DNA of 64,000 nucleotides from Meyerozyma guilliermondii (GCA_051546255.1 CP128816.1:1612001-1676000), one strand, 5' to 3'. Positions 42,306 through 52,984 are shown, counted from the first letter of the stretch. Notes: generated from the sequence alone by a model not told the origin. A program made the numbers and translations.

Positions 42306-42926
42306 TCATACTATGAGGTTAAGTTTCTTCCATTGGGTTATTCTTCTTCTCAAATCACCAGCGCTCTGTTGGTAAACGTTGAGTTTCTTGTCCCATTTCA
42401 TTTTTTCATAATCATCACCATACTTCTCATACAATTTCTGTAGCCACTGGCTTTCTTGCTCTGATGGTTTGCGTTCCTTTTTGATCTTGGCATTCTTTTG
42501 GGCGGTTTCTTCGAGCTGCTTAACAACTGTGCTTACTTCTGGTGTGTCTTCGGTCAGCTTTTTCTTCATCGTACCATAGATCACCTGGGTGACCTCGTTT
42601 GTCTCTGGGTCTCTGATCAACCGTGCTTCTCCCTCAGGGATCTTTGAAGGATCGGTTGTGTTCTCTATCTCACTCACAGGCACATGTTGTTCCTCCTGTT
42701 TCTGGCTGGCCTTGATGACTGGTTTTTCCTGACCACCAACCATCGTCCCGAGTTTAGCTCTTAAACCAAGACGCTTATAATTTTGTTGAAGTGTAAGTGA
42801 TTTGTCCCAATTTGCAGCAATGATGGGATTGGAATGTATATTAATTTTTGCCTGTCTGTCCTTGAGCCTCCTGGTGTTCTTGCGGACACTCAGGCGGGCC
42901 ATTTTTCTCTTTCTGACTGAAACCAT
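42306..42926 (-). CDS. NOP16: 60S biogenesis factor Nop16
   Basis: MVSVRKRKM, NPIIAANWDKSLTL.QNY.RLGL, KYGDDYEKMKWD.KLN. Confidence 0.94.
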   Translation of the reverse strand: MVSVRKRKMARLSVRKNTRRLKDRQAKINIHSNPIIAANWDKSLTLQQNYKRLGLRAKLGTMVGGQEKPVIKASQKQEEQHVPVSEIENTTDPSKIPEGEARLIRDPETNEVTQVIYGTMKKKLTEDTPEVSTVVKQLEETAQKNAKIKKERKPSEQESQWLQKLYEKYGDDYEKMKWDKKLNVYQQSAGDLRRRITQWKKLNLIV

Positions 42927-42953
42927 GTTGCTGAAGAGTGAACCAGTTTGGTG

Positions 42954-42970
42954 GAAATTTATGAGATGAG
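42954..42970. promoter_or_regulatory. RRPE-like plus PAC (GATGAG) elements upstream of NOP16
   Basis: GAAATTT followed by GAGATGAG (GATGAG at 42965-42970), within about 45 bp of the ATG of a ribosome-biogenesis gene. Confidence 0.55.
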
Positions 42971-43217
42971 GTGTATCTGCAGGAAATTGTGTGTGGGGAC
43001 GATTTCAAGCAAAATACATTAGGGCCAGGATTGCACAAGCTAGGGTATGCCAAAAGGCTATCGCTGTTGATGCTTTTCGATTTCAGTTACTTTGAGTCGA
43101 ATGGAAAAGATGTTCGAAAATTTGAAGATTTTCACTTTCGTACAAGATACTACTTTTGCTTTCTCCACTCTTTGGGGGTTCCACTCTTTGGTACTTTGAG
43201 ACACCATTTTCTGGTAA

Positions 43218-43697
43218 TTACCCTCTTTCGGTATTTGAATCTCCTGGAAAATCACCTCGGCCACCACGACCACCTCGTCCACGTCCCCTTCCTCTACCTC
43301 TGCCTCGTCTTCCACGGCCACCACGTTTGCGGAAACCTGGTAAGTTGATCCTCTTTGGACTTATCCTTAATTCTCTTTCATTGAACTTTTTGCCGTGCAA
43401 TTCCTCGATGGCTCTTTCGGCGGCTTCCGTGGTGTCAAATTCAATGTATGCAAAACCTTTTGACAAACCAGAATACCTATCAAAGAGTATGGTGACTCTT
43501 TCTACTGTGCCGACAGCACTGAAAAATTCTTCCAATTGTCCAGGAGTGGAAAGGTATTCAACGTTTCCGACGTAAATGGATCTTTGATCTATTTCTTCTT
43601 GCTTTGGCAAATGTTCTCCTCGTCCTTGTTCGGTCCCTTGAGTATTATCTATTGGATGCGACACCTCTTGGTGGCTGAATTGTTCTTGTTCACTCAT
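43218..43697 (-). CDS. SGN1: RRM RNA-binding protein Sgn1 (PABPN1-like)
   Basis: RNP2 SIYVGNV, RNP1 KGFAYIEF, PKRINLPG, RG-rich tail. Confidence 0.85.
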   Translation of the reverse strand: MSEQEQFSHQEVSHPIDNTQGTEQGRGEHLPKQEEIDQRSIYVGNVEYLSTPGQLEEFFSAVGTVERVTILFDRYSGLSKGFAYIEFDTTEAAERAIEELHGKKFNERELRISPKRINLPGFRKRGGRGRRGRGRGRGRGRGGRGGRGDFPGDSNTERG

Positions 43698-43810
43698 TAT
43701 TTACTAAAGGATCAATGTAATGTCTATTCACCAAGCCGGTATGACCAGGTCTAGCTTGGTGCAGGTCACTTCATCAAATTTTCCTGCACAGGCCGCAAGC
43801 TAGCTGTGTA

Positions 43811-45100
43811 TTATACCTCTACAAATGCTCTGTAAGTGGTGAACTCGGGCTCGGAAGAGTGAAGATCAACTTCAGCCCCTGGGCCGATAAAGTAAACGTA
43901 ACCCTTTTTGACTTCTTGCTTGGAACCTTGCACCACAATCGAACCCAGGCCCTTGGTTGCAATGAGAATCGATGGGCCGTTAAACTTATCAAAGTGTTGC
44001 AACTGGTTAGCTTCAGTGAACAAGGTTTGTAACACGGCAAACTCTTCAATTGGTGGGTCGTAGAGCACTGACTTAGCATCACCGGAAGACTTGGCAAATG
44101 GAAGTAATGGCATTTTCTGTTTCTCGACCGAGTCGTACGAGTAGGTCAACATATCCACCAAATTTTTCACGTCTTTGAATTTGGGGGTAAATCCAGCACG
44201 TACCACGTTGTCCGAAGCAGCCATACATTCGATTATATCTCCGTTGATGTATGCGTGGGGGTCCTTTGCTTGCAAGAACATGGCTTCACCTGGTGCAAGA
44301 ATAACATGGTTCAACAAAAGGCATCCGCAAAAGAGACCGATATCGTTGGGAAACTGCTTATTGAGGCGCTGTATCAATTCTGGCAACTTTGGAGAAATCG
44401 CAGTGAACACCTCAGGCTGGGACTTGGTGCGTTCGACCAATTCGGCAGCGCGAGCATTGATGGTGGCATCGTCAGTGTTCATCAATTTGCCAAACACTTT
44501 TTGAAGAAGCTTACGGTTCTCTACGTCCTCTTGAGATCCAGCGGTTGCATCTGGGGTAATACCATTGCAAAATTCCTCAACCAACAAATCGCCAATCACA
44601 GAAGTCAATTCAGGCACGGTTTTCAATGTCTTGGCGAGCTCGGAAAGTGGCTTGAAACCACAGAAACCTTCGAACAGAGTCACGGCAATGGCCATTTCCG
44701 GCTTGTGGTTGTCGTCAGGGTAGTTCTTGGGGTCGTTGGTGTGAAGCTGTTTGGCCAACTGCTTATCAGGATGAGCTTGAATCGATAATACCTTTTCGAT
44801 TGACAACACCTTGAACAAAAATGGAAGTTGAGCACCAAATTTCTTTACAATTGAGGCATGAAGGTGCTTCGAAGGATCTTCGGTAACCAAGTCCCGCAAA
44901 GTCTGGCCGGACTTGCCGCCAGACACAACGGTTGAAGGAACCGATGGATGGGTACCCATCCACAATTCAGCATATGGCTTTTTCTCGTCAATGGTGATAG
45001 AAGGGTCTGAGGTGCTTGCAAATTGAGCCACAGCAGAGCTGGAGCCGACTTTGCCCCAATCGTAGTTCTGATATCCACAGTTTATTCTGAAAACTGACAT
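43811..45100 (-). CDS. PMI40: Mannose-6-phosphate isomerase
   Basis: YDWGK, AELWMGTHP, LSIQAHPDK, YPDDNHKPEM, ECMAASDNVVRAG. Confidence 0.98.
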   Translation of the reverse strand: MSVFRINCGYQNYDWGKVGSSSAVAQFASTSDPSITIDEKKPYAELWMGTHPSVPSTVVSGGKSGQTLRDLVTEDPSKHLHASIVKKFGAQLPFLFKVLSIEKVLSIQAHPDKQLAKQLHTNDPKNYPDDNHKPEMAIAVTLFEGFCGFKPLSELAKTLKTVPELTSVIGDLLVEEFCNGITPDATAGSQEDVENRKLLQKVFGKLMNTDDATINARAAELVERTKSQPEVFTAISPKLPELIQRLNKQFPNDIGLFCGCLLLNHVILAPGEAMFLQAKDPHAYINGDIIECMAASDNVVRAGFTPKFKDVKNLVDMLTYSYDSVEKQKMPLLPFAKSSGDAKSVLYDPPIEEFAVLQTLFTEANQLQHFDKFNGPSILIATKGLGSIVVQGSKQEVKKGYVYFIGPGAEVDLHSSEPEFTTYRAFVEV

Positions 45101-45209
45101 AGCTAGCGAATGATACACAACACGTTGTCAGCGGAGCGCGTTGTCGCGAACTCCGAAAAAAAGGCACCATACAGGAACTCTTACATGCATTCCAATTGTC
45201 CTATCTAGC

Positions 45210-47729
45210 TTAATCTGCCTTAGCACCGATTATGGCACCCAAGGTAGAATTTCCGGCTCTTCTTGCTGATCTCTTTCTCCGTCGTAACGTGTGGATCATA
45301 CCAAATACGGCAAATAGTACCAAGTATCCTACTATGCCATGCATATGAACATAGTCCATAAACCTCATAATCTTTGGATATGGGCTTCCCACAAGCTTTG
45401 TAGTCATTTGAGCCTTAACCTTGACCAATGCAGGGTCTAAAAAGTATCTCAAAGTCTCACTCATGCTTTCTGGGTCCATGTTCATTGGTTGTCCACCGAC
45501 AAGTTGATCCCAATAGTAGCGTCCATCTCTTTGAACCACGATGGCATGGCCGGGACTATATGAGCGCCCGTTAATGTCTAATCCCAACTTGCGGGCAAAG
45601 TCTTTGTTTACGGCGAGGTCGATGAATGTAAAGAGAACATCATCGTCGTCAAAGTATCGAGGTATTTCTCGCTTCATGTCCTTGACCATTTCAAGACTGT
45701 CAGCAGAACGTTGCTTCAAACGGTTACTAACGTCGTATTCGTCCTTGTGTGCCTGTTTCATTTTCTCGAAAAAATATTCCTTCTTGGTATGGTGATACTC
45801 GTGTGCCATTAAGGACATGGCATAAAGGTAATTGGCGGTAGCACTGGCATCCTCAGAATTGATAAACCCAATAACAACTTTTTGAGTGCCTTTTACGCGC
45901 TCATAGGTGGTATTGAAGTAACTGGGTACTAATTCGGGTGTCAATTCTTGGTATAATGGAAATTGATTCCGAGCAACGAATTCTTCAACCTTGGCATAAT
46001 CTTTCATATCCTCAAGTTGCAAATTTTGATATATGCTGGTTACCAAGGAGTTATCTTTGAAGATGAGAATCGTTGGCTTGGCGGTGAGTGTTGTCGCTAA
46101 AAAGTTTGGCTCGTCAAATGAACGTTCGCTGGAGGAAACAACATTGTTGATAAATTGTACAAGGTTCTTACCTTGGTCGTTCACTTGTTGCTCGTAAAGT
46201 TTCTTAGGGGAAACTTTTCCAGTGTAAAGGTGTACGTTGAACTTTGAGTCCGTGACGTATTGAAGTAGTTTTGGTAAAATTGTTTTGTCTTCTTCTGTTA
46301 CAGTGTTCTTATCGTAGTAGAAAACCACTGAGACAACATTGGCCAACGGGTAGTACAGACCCAAAGGTTTGGCAGGAAGGTTACTGCGAAGCTCCATTAC
46401 GTCGCCAAGTTTGGGAACCGTAAGTATTTCGTACTGAGAGTTCTCAAAAAGACGAGTAGAGAACTTCTTCATAGCTTCAATGGTGAGTTCGCCAGAGTAG
46501 TCAAACCTAACAATGCCTGCGGTTTCTGGAAGAAACATGGCAAAATGAGGACGAGCAGACGCTCCACGCTTGGAGAATTCCTTGAGTCCAATTTGTTCAC
46601 AGAGATCCGGATGGCTCCTGCAATTAAAGTTGGCAGTTCTAACGGTACTTTGAACCAAGTTCAGGAGCCGATCCCACAACTGTTTCCACTCCAAGCACTG
46701 AACACACTCACGAGGAAAGAGGTTTTTGCCGGACTTTTCATGCGCATCCCATTCCTTGTCAGTTGTTGGAAAGAAGCCAACAAACACAGCCAGGTCAATA
46801 GATCCAGACACAATCTTGATAAGTTCGTCCATCGATACTGTCTTGGATACACTAGGCAAGTCTATTGCTCCAGCGTTATACTCCGCCACGCTATTCTTCA
46901 TGTATTTTAAGAAATTCTCCTTCGTTCTCATAATTGAACGAGGGAAAGAACCAACGAATTTCAGCTTCCCAGGAATTAATTTACCGTTCTTATCCTTTGC
47001 TGGTGTGTAAAGACGCAAGTTGGGGTAGTAAACCACATCTTCACGCTCACACAAGTCACCAGACTCAATACAGTTCACCTGGCGCATTTGGATCTTAAGG
47101 TCTTTCATTTCGGCTTGATATTCTTCAACGGTAGCCTCCCAAGTAGGGGCCAATTGCTTACAATGGAGGCAGTACGGTGAGAAAAATTCCACGAAAGAAA
47201 GCTGCTTGCTGGTGACGCTATCAAAGTCTTGCATGGTGAGAAGCGGAGGCATCTCGAACCCTTTATGACCCAGCGATGATTCGTCATACTCAACAACGTC
47301 AGCCTTAGCATTCCGTTGAGGCTTCTTAGCAGCTTTGGGTGCCTTCTTCGGTGCAGACTTGGCTTTTTCGCCAGCCTGTTTCAGATCCTTCGACACTTTT
47401 CCAGGCTTGGCATCTTTTGAAGTATCTTCATCTTTGGGTCTTGCTGGTGCATTCTTTGTATTCTTCGTAGATTTTTCACCAGAAACCTTTTTTGTACTGT
47501 CTTCAGCTTTGGAGTCGTCCTTTACGGTTTTCTTAGGTTTTTTGGCGTCTGTTTTTCTAGCTTTGTCAAGTTCATCCGCGGCACCCAAGTCGATGTATTT
47601 TTCGTCAGGCGTCTCAGCAGCCTTTTCTAATTGATTCTTTACCGAGGCAGGCGTTGCTATAACTAGAGTAGCCAAGAGAAACGAGAGAAACAAGAGGAGT
47701 TGTGGAGAACATAACCTCCGTACTCTCAT
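45210..47729 (-). CDS. EPS1: Membrane-anchored PDI-family protein Eps1
   Basis: Signal peptide, thioredoxin motif FFSPYCLHC, QVNC..SGDLC, C-terminal TM with KAD end. Adjacent to YIA6 as in S. cerevisiae. Confidence 0.85.
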   Translation of the reverse strand: MRVRRLCSPQLLLFLSFLLATLVIATPASVKNQLEKAAETPDEKYIDLGAADELDKARKTDAKKPKKTVKDDSKAEDSTKKVSGEKSTKNTKNAPARPKDEDTSKDAKPGKVSKDLKQAGEKAKSAPKKAPKAAKKPQRNAKADVVEYDESSLGHKGFEMPPLLTMQDFDSVTSKQLSFVEFFSPYCLHCKQLAPTWEATVEEYQAEMKDLKIQMRQVNCIESGDLCEREDVVYYPNLRLYTPAKDKNGKLIPGKLKFVGSFPRSIMRTKENFLKYMKNSVAEYNAGAIDLPSVSKTVSMDELIKIVSGSIDLAVFVGFFPTTDKEWDAHEKSGKNLFPRECVQCLEWKQLWDRLLNLVQSTVRTANFNCRSHPDLCEQIGLKEFSKRGASARPHFAMFLPETAGIVRFDYSGELTIEAMKKFSTRLFENSQYEILTVPKLGDVMELRSNLPAKPLGLYYPLANVVSVVFYYDKNTVTEEDKTILPKLLQYVTDSKFNVHLYTGKVSPKKLYEQQVNDQGKNLVQFINNVVSSSERSFDEPNFLATTLTAKPTILIFKDNSLVTSIYQNLQLEDMKDYAKVEEFVARNQFPLYQELTPELVPSYFNTTYERVKGTQKVVIGFINSEDASATANYLYAMSLMAHEYHHTKKEYFFEKMKQAHKDEYDVSNRLKQRSADSLEMVKDMKREIPRYFDDDDVLFTFIDLAVNKDFARKLGLDINGRSYSPGHAIVVQRDGRYYWDQLVGGQPMNMDPESMSETLRYFLDPALVKVKAQMTTKLVGSPYPKIMRFMDYVHMHGIVGYLVLFAVFGMIHTLRRRKRSARRAGNSTLGAIIGAKAD

Positions 47730-47851
47730 GATAAGTGTTGATCCTCACGTAATTTAAAATCGCTTTTTCGCGCCGAGAAAAGATTAGGCGCCGCGAATCT
47801 GGGGAACTGAAAAATTACGGAATATATTCTATATGCTATTATACAAGTGCT

Positions 47852-48970
47852 CTAAAAGTGGCCAGTAACTTCAAGTAAGTATGTTTTGAAGTATTCGAAA
47901 CTGACAAGGGTCACAGCACTGGCAGGGACAGTACGGGCCAAGTTGATGGTGTATCCGGCGTAAAACCCTCGTAAGCCTTCCTTCTTGTAGATGCGGGTCA
48001 TGATATGTAACAATTTGCTCTTTTTAACTTGACCTGGCTCTTTTTTGGCTTTGGAGCTCTGGATTTGCATTCTGGTACGAAGGATCTCGTGTGGATAAGT
48101 GACAGTGCTGGCAATCATTTTACTGACGGACGATGCGACTATAAGTCTCCATAACAACAGGGAATCTCCATTTTGATGCTGGGGCGTGAGGTTGCAATCG
48201 AGTGCTTGCTTGAGTTTCTCATACACCGGAAAATGAATACCAACATGCAAAAGGCCAAAGAGAGATGGAATGAGTCCACTGTAGAACACACCTAAACCCT
48301 CCTCTTTGTACATCGTTGTGAATGCATCAGTAGTACCTTTGTAGTGGGTGACGCGCTTTCCGTCACCATAGATATTGCTCTCTTTGCCCGTTTGAATCAT
48401 AAGCCGTGTCTTTACTACCCATATTGGGTTTACAAGTACAGACGACGCAGAGCCCGCGGTCAATGCTGATAAAAAATGCGAAACAGTAGCCGATTCCGTA
48501 TCGGCAAAATGCTCTCGAATGAATTTAGGATAGAATACCTTTGCCCGTTCATAAACGGTAAAATAAATGGTCCATGTTGGCAAGTAACCAATAGTGATGG
48601 GAACAAGTCCTCGATACAAGCCACGAACTCCCTCTTCACGAAGTATAGTTTTAAATGCACCGATGAAGCCTGAATACTTGGGCACCTGACGAGGAGACTT
48701 TGGGTTTCGTTCTCTATAACCAGCTCCTTGTGCTTGGAGCCTCGTCTTGACTACATCGAGCGGGCAAACAACAACACCCGCTAAGAAGCCCGAGGCAGCT
48801 CCTGCCAACGTGACAAGCTGGTTGGGCGAGAGCACAGTGAGAAGTTTTGGTGGCAGTGACACGGATAAAGCGGGTATTTTCGTGACATTGAAGTTGCGAT
48901 GCGGTGATTCTCGGAACTCCATATCTTCACCCTGCACGAAATCAGAGAAGTCTCTCGAGTTGGGACTCAT
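47852..48970 (-). CDS. YIA6: Mitochondrial NAD+ carrier (Yia6/Ndt1)
   Basis: Carrier repeats CPLDVVKTRLQ, NPIWVVKTRL, YPHEILRTR; GYLPTWTIYF. Confidence 0.9.
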   Translation of the reverse strand: MSPNSRDFSDFVQGEDMEFRESPHRNFNVTKIPALSVSLPPKLLTVLSPNQLVTLAGAASGFLAGVVVCPLDVVKTRLQAQGAGYRERNPKSPRQVPKYSGFIGAFKTILREEGVRGLYRGLVPITIGYLPTWTIYFTVYERAKVFYPKFIREHFADTESATVSHFLSALTAGSASSVLVNPIWVVKTRLMIQTGKESNIYGDGKRVTHYKGTTDAFTTMYKEEGLGVFYSGLIPSLFGLLHVGIHFPVYEKLKQALDCNLTPQHQNGDSLLLWRLIVASSVSKMIASTVTYPHEILRTRMQIQSSKAKKEPGQVKKSKLLHIMTRIYKKEGLRGFYAGYTINLARTVPASAVTLVSFEYFKTYLLEVTGHF

Positions 48971-49659
48971 GTGCGATGATAATGTGATAAAATATGACGG
49001 TTTGTGGTTTTTGAGCCAATTTTATGGAGTATTTAGCAAACTTTTTGGTTTGTAGACGGCACAAAAATGTGCCTGTGGACGACGGCTCGGGTTCTAGGGA
49101 CACTTATTTGTGAAATTATGGTCCAAGAAGAGATGTAATTTCGAAGAACTCGGAGGAAAACCGTGATACTTGTCGACTTGAAAATAATGTTACCTTTAAC
49201 ACATCAAATCGCATCCGTTAATCGGTCTTGATTTCTCACAAAGGTCGTGCGCGACAAAATGGAGATAAGTAAAGAGGGGAGTTGAAAGGCACTTAATGGC
49301 GAAGAATTGGTAGTCGAGACAGACTGGGTACAGTATTAGCTTAAATTCGCGGGCCGACGTTCCAAAGTCGCAGATTCGGCATTGTCAATTCGTCGTTCTC
49401 AAGTCATAAATTTACGTGCACATCTCTAAAGTCGCTTGCAAGGATTATAAGGTCGCCATTTAAAATTCGTCCTCTGAATTTTTGAAACTCGTTCACGATA
49501 AGAGCCAAATTCTTGTGAAGAATTTCACGGACTCCAAATTTGTCAATCTCGTCTACACTGATCAATAGTGCAGTACTAATTAAAGTTCGATGTCGCCTCA
49601 CAGGACTTTCGAAGGCGGTTATCAAATCTAGAATATGATGTCATGGTCACTTTTCGGTA

Positions 49660-50060
49660 CCCGCTTCTACATGTCTCACGATTATGTTTCACTAAGATAA
49701 TTTTTTAAAAGCAATAGCGAAAGTTGTATATTAACCAAGATTGTTTGCGGCACCTTTCATCAGACAGGTGATCGGCGCTGGTTTAACTGAAGCGTCATAG
49801 TCGTGGGAATGGTGCTTTAGATTTCAAACTGGAAGTTGAAGAAGGCTGTTTATGGTATGAAATAGGCCGGATTCGAATGGTTTGTTTGCCTTACCGATGT
49901 TCTTATCGAAGCGGCTGCAAAGTTTGGTTTTGATGTGCTGAGTGCTTTTGTCATCTTTGCCAACTATGAGTAAATCGTCACATAGAGACTAAGAATGACG
50001 AAATAGGAGGCAAACGGATGTACAATCTTACGAGAAGCGAGATCTGTATTCAGCACGGAA
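49660..50060 (-). mobile_element. Degenerate Ty1/copia (Ty5-like) reverse transcriptase relic
   Basis: Minus strand reads LYIR..SYFVILSLY-V/DDLLIVGKDDKSTQHIKTKLCSRFDKNIGKA, with a 1-nt frameshift inside YVDD at about 49980. Downstream IAF..KLS..RHVEA resembles the copia DIAFAV..LS..H..A block. Boundaries are approximate. Confidence 0.78.
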
Positions 50061-50301
50061 CGAAATAGGATTGATATCAGGGCGAATTTCGGATGTTTGC
50101 CTGCGATTTCACTTCATCTTGTTTGCTTATGACTCTCTTTTGAAGCAATTGCCTACAAGGTCAAGAGAGTCCTGTTTTGATACCATTCAATTGGTATCCA
50201 TGCAACTCTTCACCTCTGTCACTCTCGGAGTTTCATTAGGTTTTACTGGAGTTTGATACTACATGCTCCTACTTGTTTGTGCACTTGTCAATTTATTGCT
50301 C

Positions 50302-51114
50302 TTATTCACACGTTAGAAGTTCGAAGTGCCTTTTGCTACTTTTATGAGTCGTCCATCCTGCATCCATTGGGGCCTCTTGCCTGATATCTTTGACAGTATT
50401 GCAAGCCATAAGCGCCATTACGGTCCGAATTTTGTCATGAATGATATTCAATGCAATGCATACTCCTTTCTCTCCATTATGAGCAAGACCACAAAGATGA
50501 ATCCGATCTACCCAACAATGTTCAGTACCCAAGGCAAGTGCCTTGAAAAAAGTCACTGCCACGTCTTAGTCCCCCATAAATGTGAAAGGGAACTCTTCCT
50601 TTGACTGCTTCAACAATCAGAGGCAACGCATCCCAAGGTGGACATTGCGCTGTCGACTTTTCGGCCACCATGGTTAGAAACGAGAAACCCATCGGCACCA
50701 GCTTCAACAGCTCTTTGGCGGCATTCTCCCTTGTGAGAATACCTTTGAGCCAAAATTACACCTTTGTCTTCTTCTTGATCTCCTGAACGTATTTCCAGAG
50801 GCAAGAGAAGCTCGTAGTGGGTACGTTCGTCGATACTGTTCATGTTGGATCTATTTGTCCATGGGTAACTAGGAAAGTTGAGATGGTGCGTCAGGAAATT
50901 CGTTTTTCATTTCTCCCAATTCACTACCAAGCCATGGACAATCCACACCGATGTAAAGTGCTTTATAGCCACAAGTCTGCATTTAACATAAGAGGATTTG
51001 TTTTCCAAGGTCTTGTGCTCCATTAAACCACCATTGATAGAAGCCTTTCGTTTGCAGCTACTTCCAAGTCAGCTATGCAGTGAATTTTCTGGTCGTAGGT
51101 TGAGCCCGATTCAT
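50302..51114 (-). pseudogene. FMN-dependent (S)-2-hydroxy-acid oxidase (glycolate oxidase-like) pseudogene
   Basis: Fragments in different frames: MNRA/YDQKIHCIADLE, NGG.M..TL.NKSSY, GYKALYIGVDCPWLG, GADGFLVSNHGGRKVD, GGLRRGSD/FFKALALG, TVMALMAC. Several frameshifts and a large internal deletion near 50970. Confidence 0.92.
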
Positions 51115-51377
51115 TGTTACGTGACTAAATCAATCAGAATTGCTAAAGATATATACATCAGAGGAATTCCATTGCTTCGGCATTTCTTCGGCATTTTGCC
51201 GAGCACCAAATCTGGTTTCGTATTTGATATCACAATGCCGAAGCATATCTTGCATATCAATTGCGGGGTGAGATAAGACCGTCGGAAATACCATCTACTG
51301 CGAGATAGTTCTTGTACATATATACCAGCTTGGTAGCCGCCTTTTGCGGTATCAAGTTACAGACGGCAGATTCATCC

Positions 51378-52820
51378 ATGGTAAGTGAATCAAAAATAAG
51401 CCCCAGTATAGTTGTCTCACCCCAAATCAGTCACTATAGTGAGTTTGATACCGGTGAACATGATGTGTTTGTCGTTACTGAGGAAGGTCCAGATTTCCGT
51501 GGAGTATCTACGCTAGGTGCAGCGGTTCTTATTGCAAAGTCACAAATGGGACTCGGAATTCTTGGAATTCCCCAGACTTTTCAATCTTTGGGATTTGTTC
51601 CTGGTCTTATAAGTCTAGTTGCACTCTGTGCGTTAAGTACATGGACAGGATTTATAGTGGGAAAGTTTCGCCTTCGCCATCCTTCAGTATATAGCATTGG
51701 TGATGCTGCAGAAATGATGTTTGGCACTATGGGTCGTGAAATTATGGGAGGTGCATTTTGGCTTTTCTACACTCTTTGCTATGGTGCTTCACTTTTGACC
51801 TTTTCTATATCCTTGAATACGTTGAGTGATCATTCCAGATGTACTATGGCTTGGATCGGAATTGGTGCTGCTATATCATTGGTGTTGGGACTGGGAATTC
51901 GTACCATGAAAGTCATGTCTTGGTGCGGTTATGTTGCTCTTAGCTGTATCATGATCAGTGTATGGATTGTAGCCATAGCATGTTTGGCCCAGAAAAAACC
52001 GGCAGATGCCGCTAAAGGCTTGCCCATTGACAAGGGAATTGTTGCAGTTTCGTCCAATGTGCCATTTTCCTCCATTGCTAGTGCAACTGCTACGCAAGTG
52101 TTGTCACTATGTGGTACAGCTTCTTTTTTTACAATTCATTCTGAAATGAGAGACCAAAAAAAGTACGTGAAATCACTTCTTCTCGGACAAGGGTTTGTTT
52201 GCTTCAATTACATTGTTATTTCCTGTTTCATTTACGCAAAGGTTGGCAATTATGTTACCTCGCCTGCTTTAGGATCGGCTGGTTCACTTTTCAAAAAAAT
52301 AGGCTACGGCATAGCCATTCCAGGATTATTGTTTTCGTGTTTTTTCCAAGCACATCTTGCCGGAAAGTATTCCTTTGTTCGTATTCTTAGAGATACGACA
52401 CATCTACAGCTGAACACGGTCATTCATTGGGTTACCTGGACAATACTGATGGTGGTTGTGATTTGCGTGGGTTTTGTAGTTGCAGGTGGTATTCCTTTCT
52501 TTAATGATTTGTTAGCATTGATAGGTGCTTTGATCGGAACAAGTTTTACATTGATAATTCCAGGGTTCTTGGCTTTATACGACCTTGGGAGATATGTGCC
52601 TAAAGAAGGCGATGGCCTGTTTCAATGGATCGTTCAGTCAAAAAAGAAGTGGGGTTTGAACAACAGAAACATCATAACTGCAAGTGTTGCGATTTTTTCA
52701 ATTGTGTTTGGCAGTTATATCGCTGTTTCCGGGATTTACGGTTCTCTCAAATCTATTATTGATGGATACCGGAATGGTTTGGTTCCGTCTGCTTTTTCAT
52801 GTGCCGATAATAGTACTTAA
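51378..52820 (+). CDS. AAAP/Aa_trans amino-acid permease (Neurospora Mtr-like)
   Basis: GPDFRGV, AKSQMGLGILGIP, FRLRHP.VYSI.D, SEMRD, SPALGSAG, IPFFNDLL; about 11 TMs. Confidence 0.9.
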   Translation: MVSESKISPSIVVSPQISHYSEFDTGEHDVFVVTEEGPDFRGVSTLGAAVLIAKSQMGLGILGIPQTFQSLGFVPGLISLVALCALSTWTGFIVGKFRLRHPSVYSIGDAAEMMFGTMGREIMGGAFWLFYTLCYGASLLTFSISLNTLSDHSRCTMAWIGIGAAISLVLGLGIRTMKVMSWCGYVALSCIMISVWIVAIACLAQKKPADAAKGLPIDKGIVAVSSNVPFSSIASATATQVLSLCGTASFFTIHSEMRDQKKYVKSLLLGQGFVCFNYIVISCFIYAKVGNYVTSPALGSAGSLFKKIGYGIAIPGLLFSCFFQAHLAGKYSFVRILRDTTHLQLNTVIHWVTWTILMVVVICVGFVVAGGIPFFNDLLALIGALIGTSFTLIIPGFLALYDLGRYVPKEGDGLFQWIVQSKKKWGLNNRNIITASVAIFSIVFGSYIAVSGIYGSLKSIIDGYRNGLVPSAFSCADNST

Positions 52821-52984
52821 CAAAATTCAAAGTACCAATGGGTGAATCTGGTATTATGTGGCAGTAGACAACGTCGAAATAGTAAAATTTATGGTTTAGT
52901 CTTGTTCTAATGCCCCAACAGGCGAAGGAGTGACATAAAAAAACACTACAATCTCTCCAAAAGAACACTCGATCAAATATATTA

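Noticed and set aside
49271..49290. Polypurine tract AAAGAGGGGAG followed by TTGAA, like a copia PPT/LTR junction
   Set aside because: Opposite orientation to the RT relic and no definable LTR.
49404..49625. 73-aa minus-strand ORF with a faint agmatinase-like VDEIDKFG segment
   Set aside because: No ureohydrolase metal motifs nearby and no ATG start; also not recognisable as RNase H of the copia relic.
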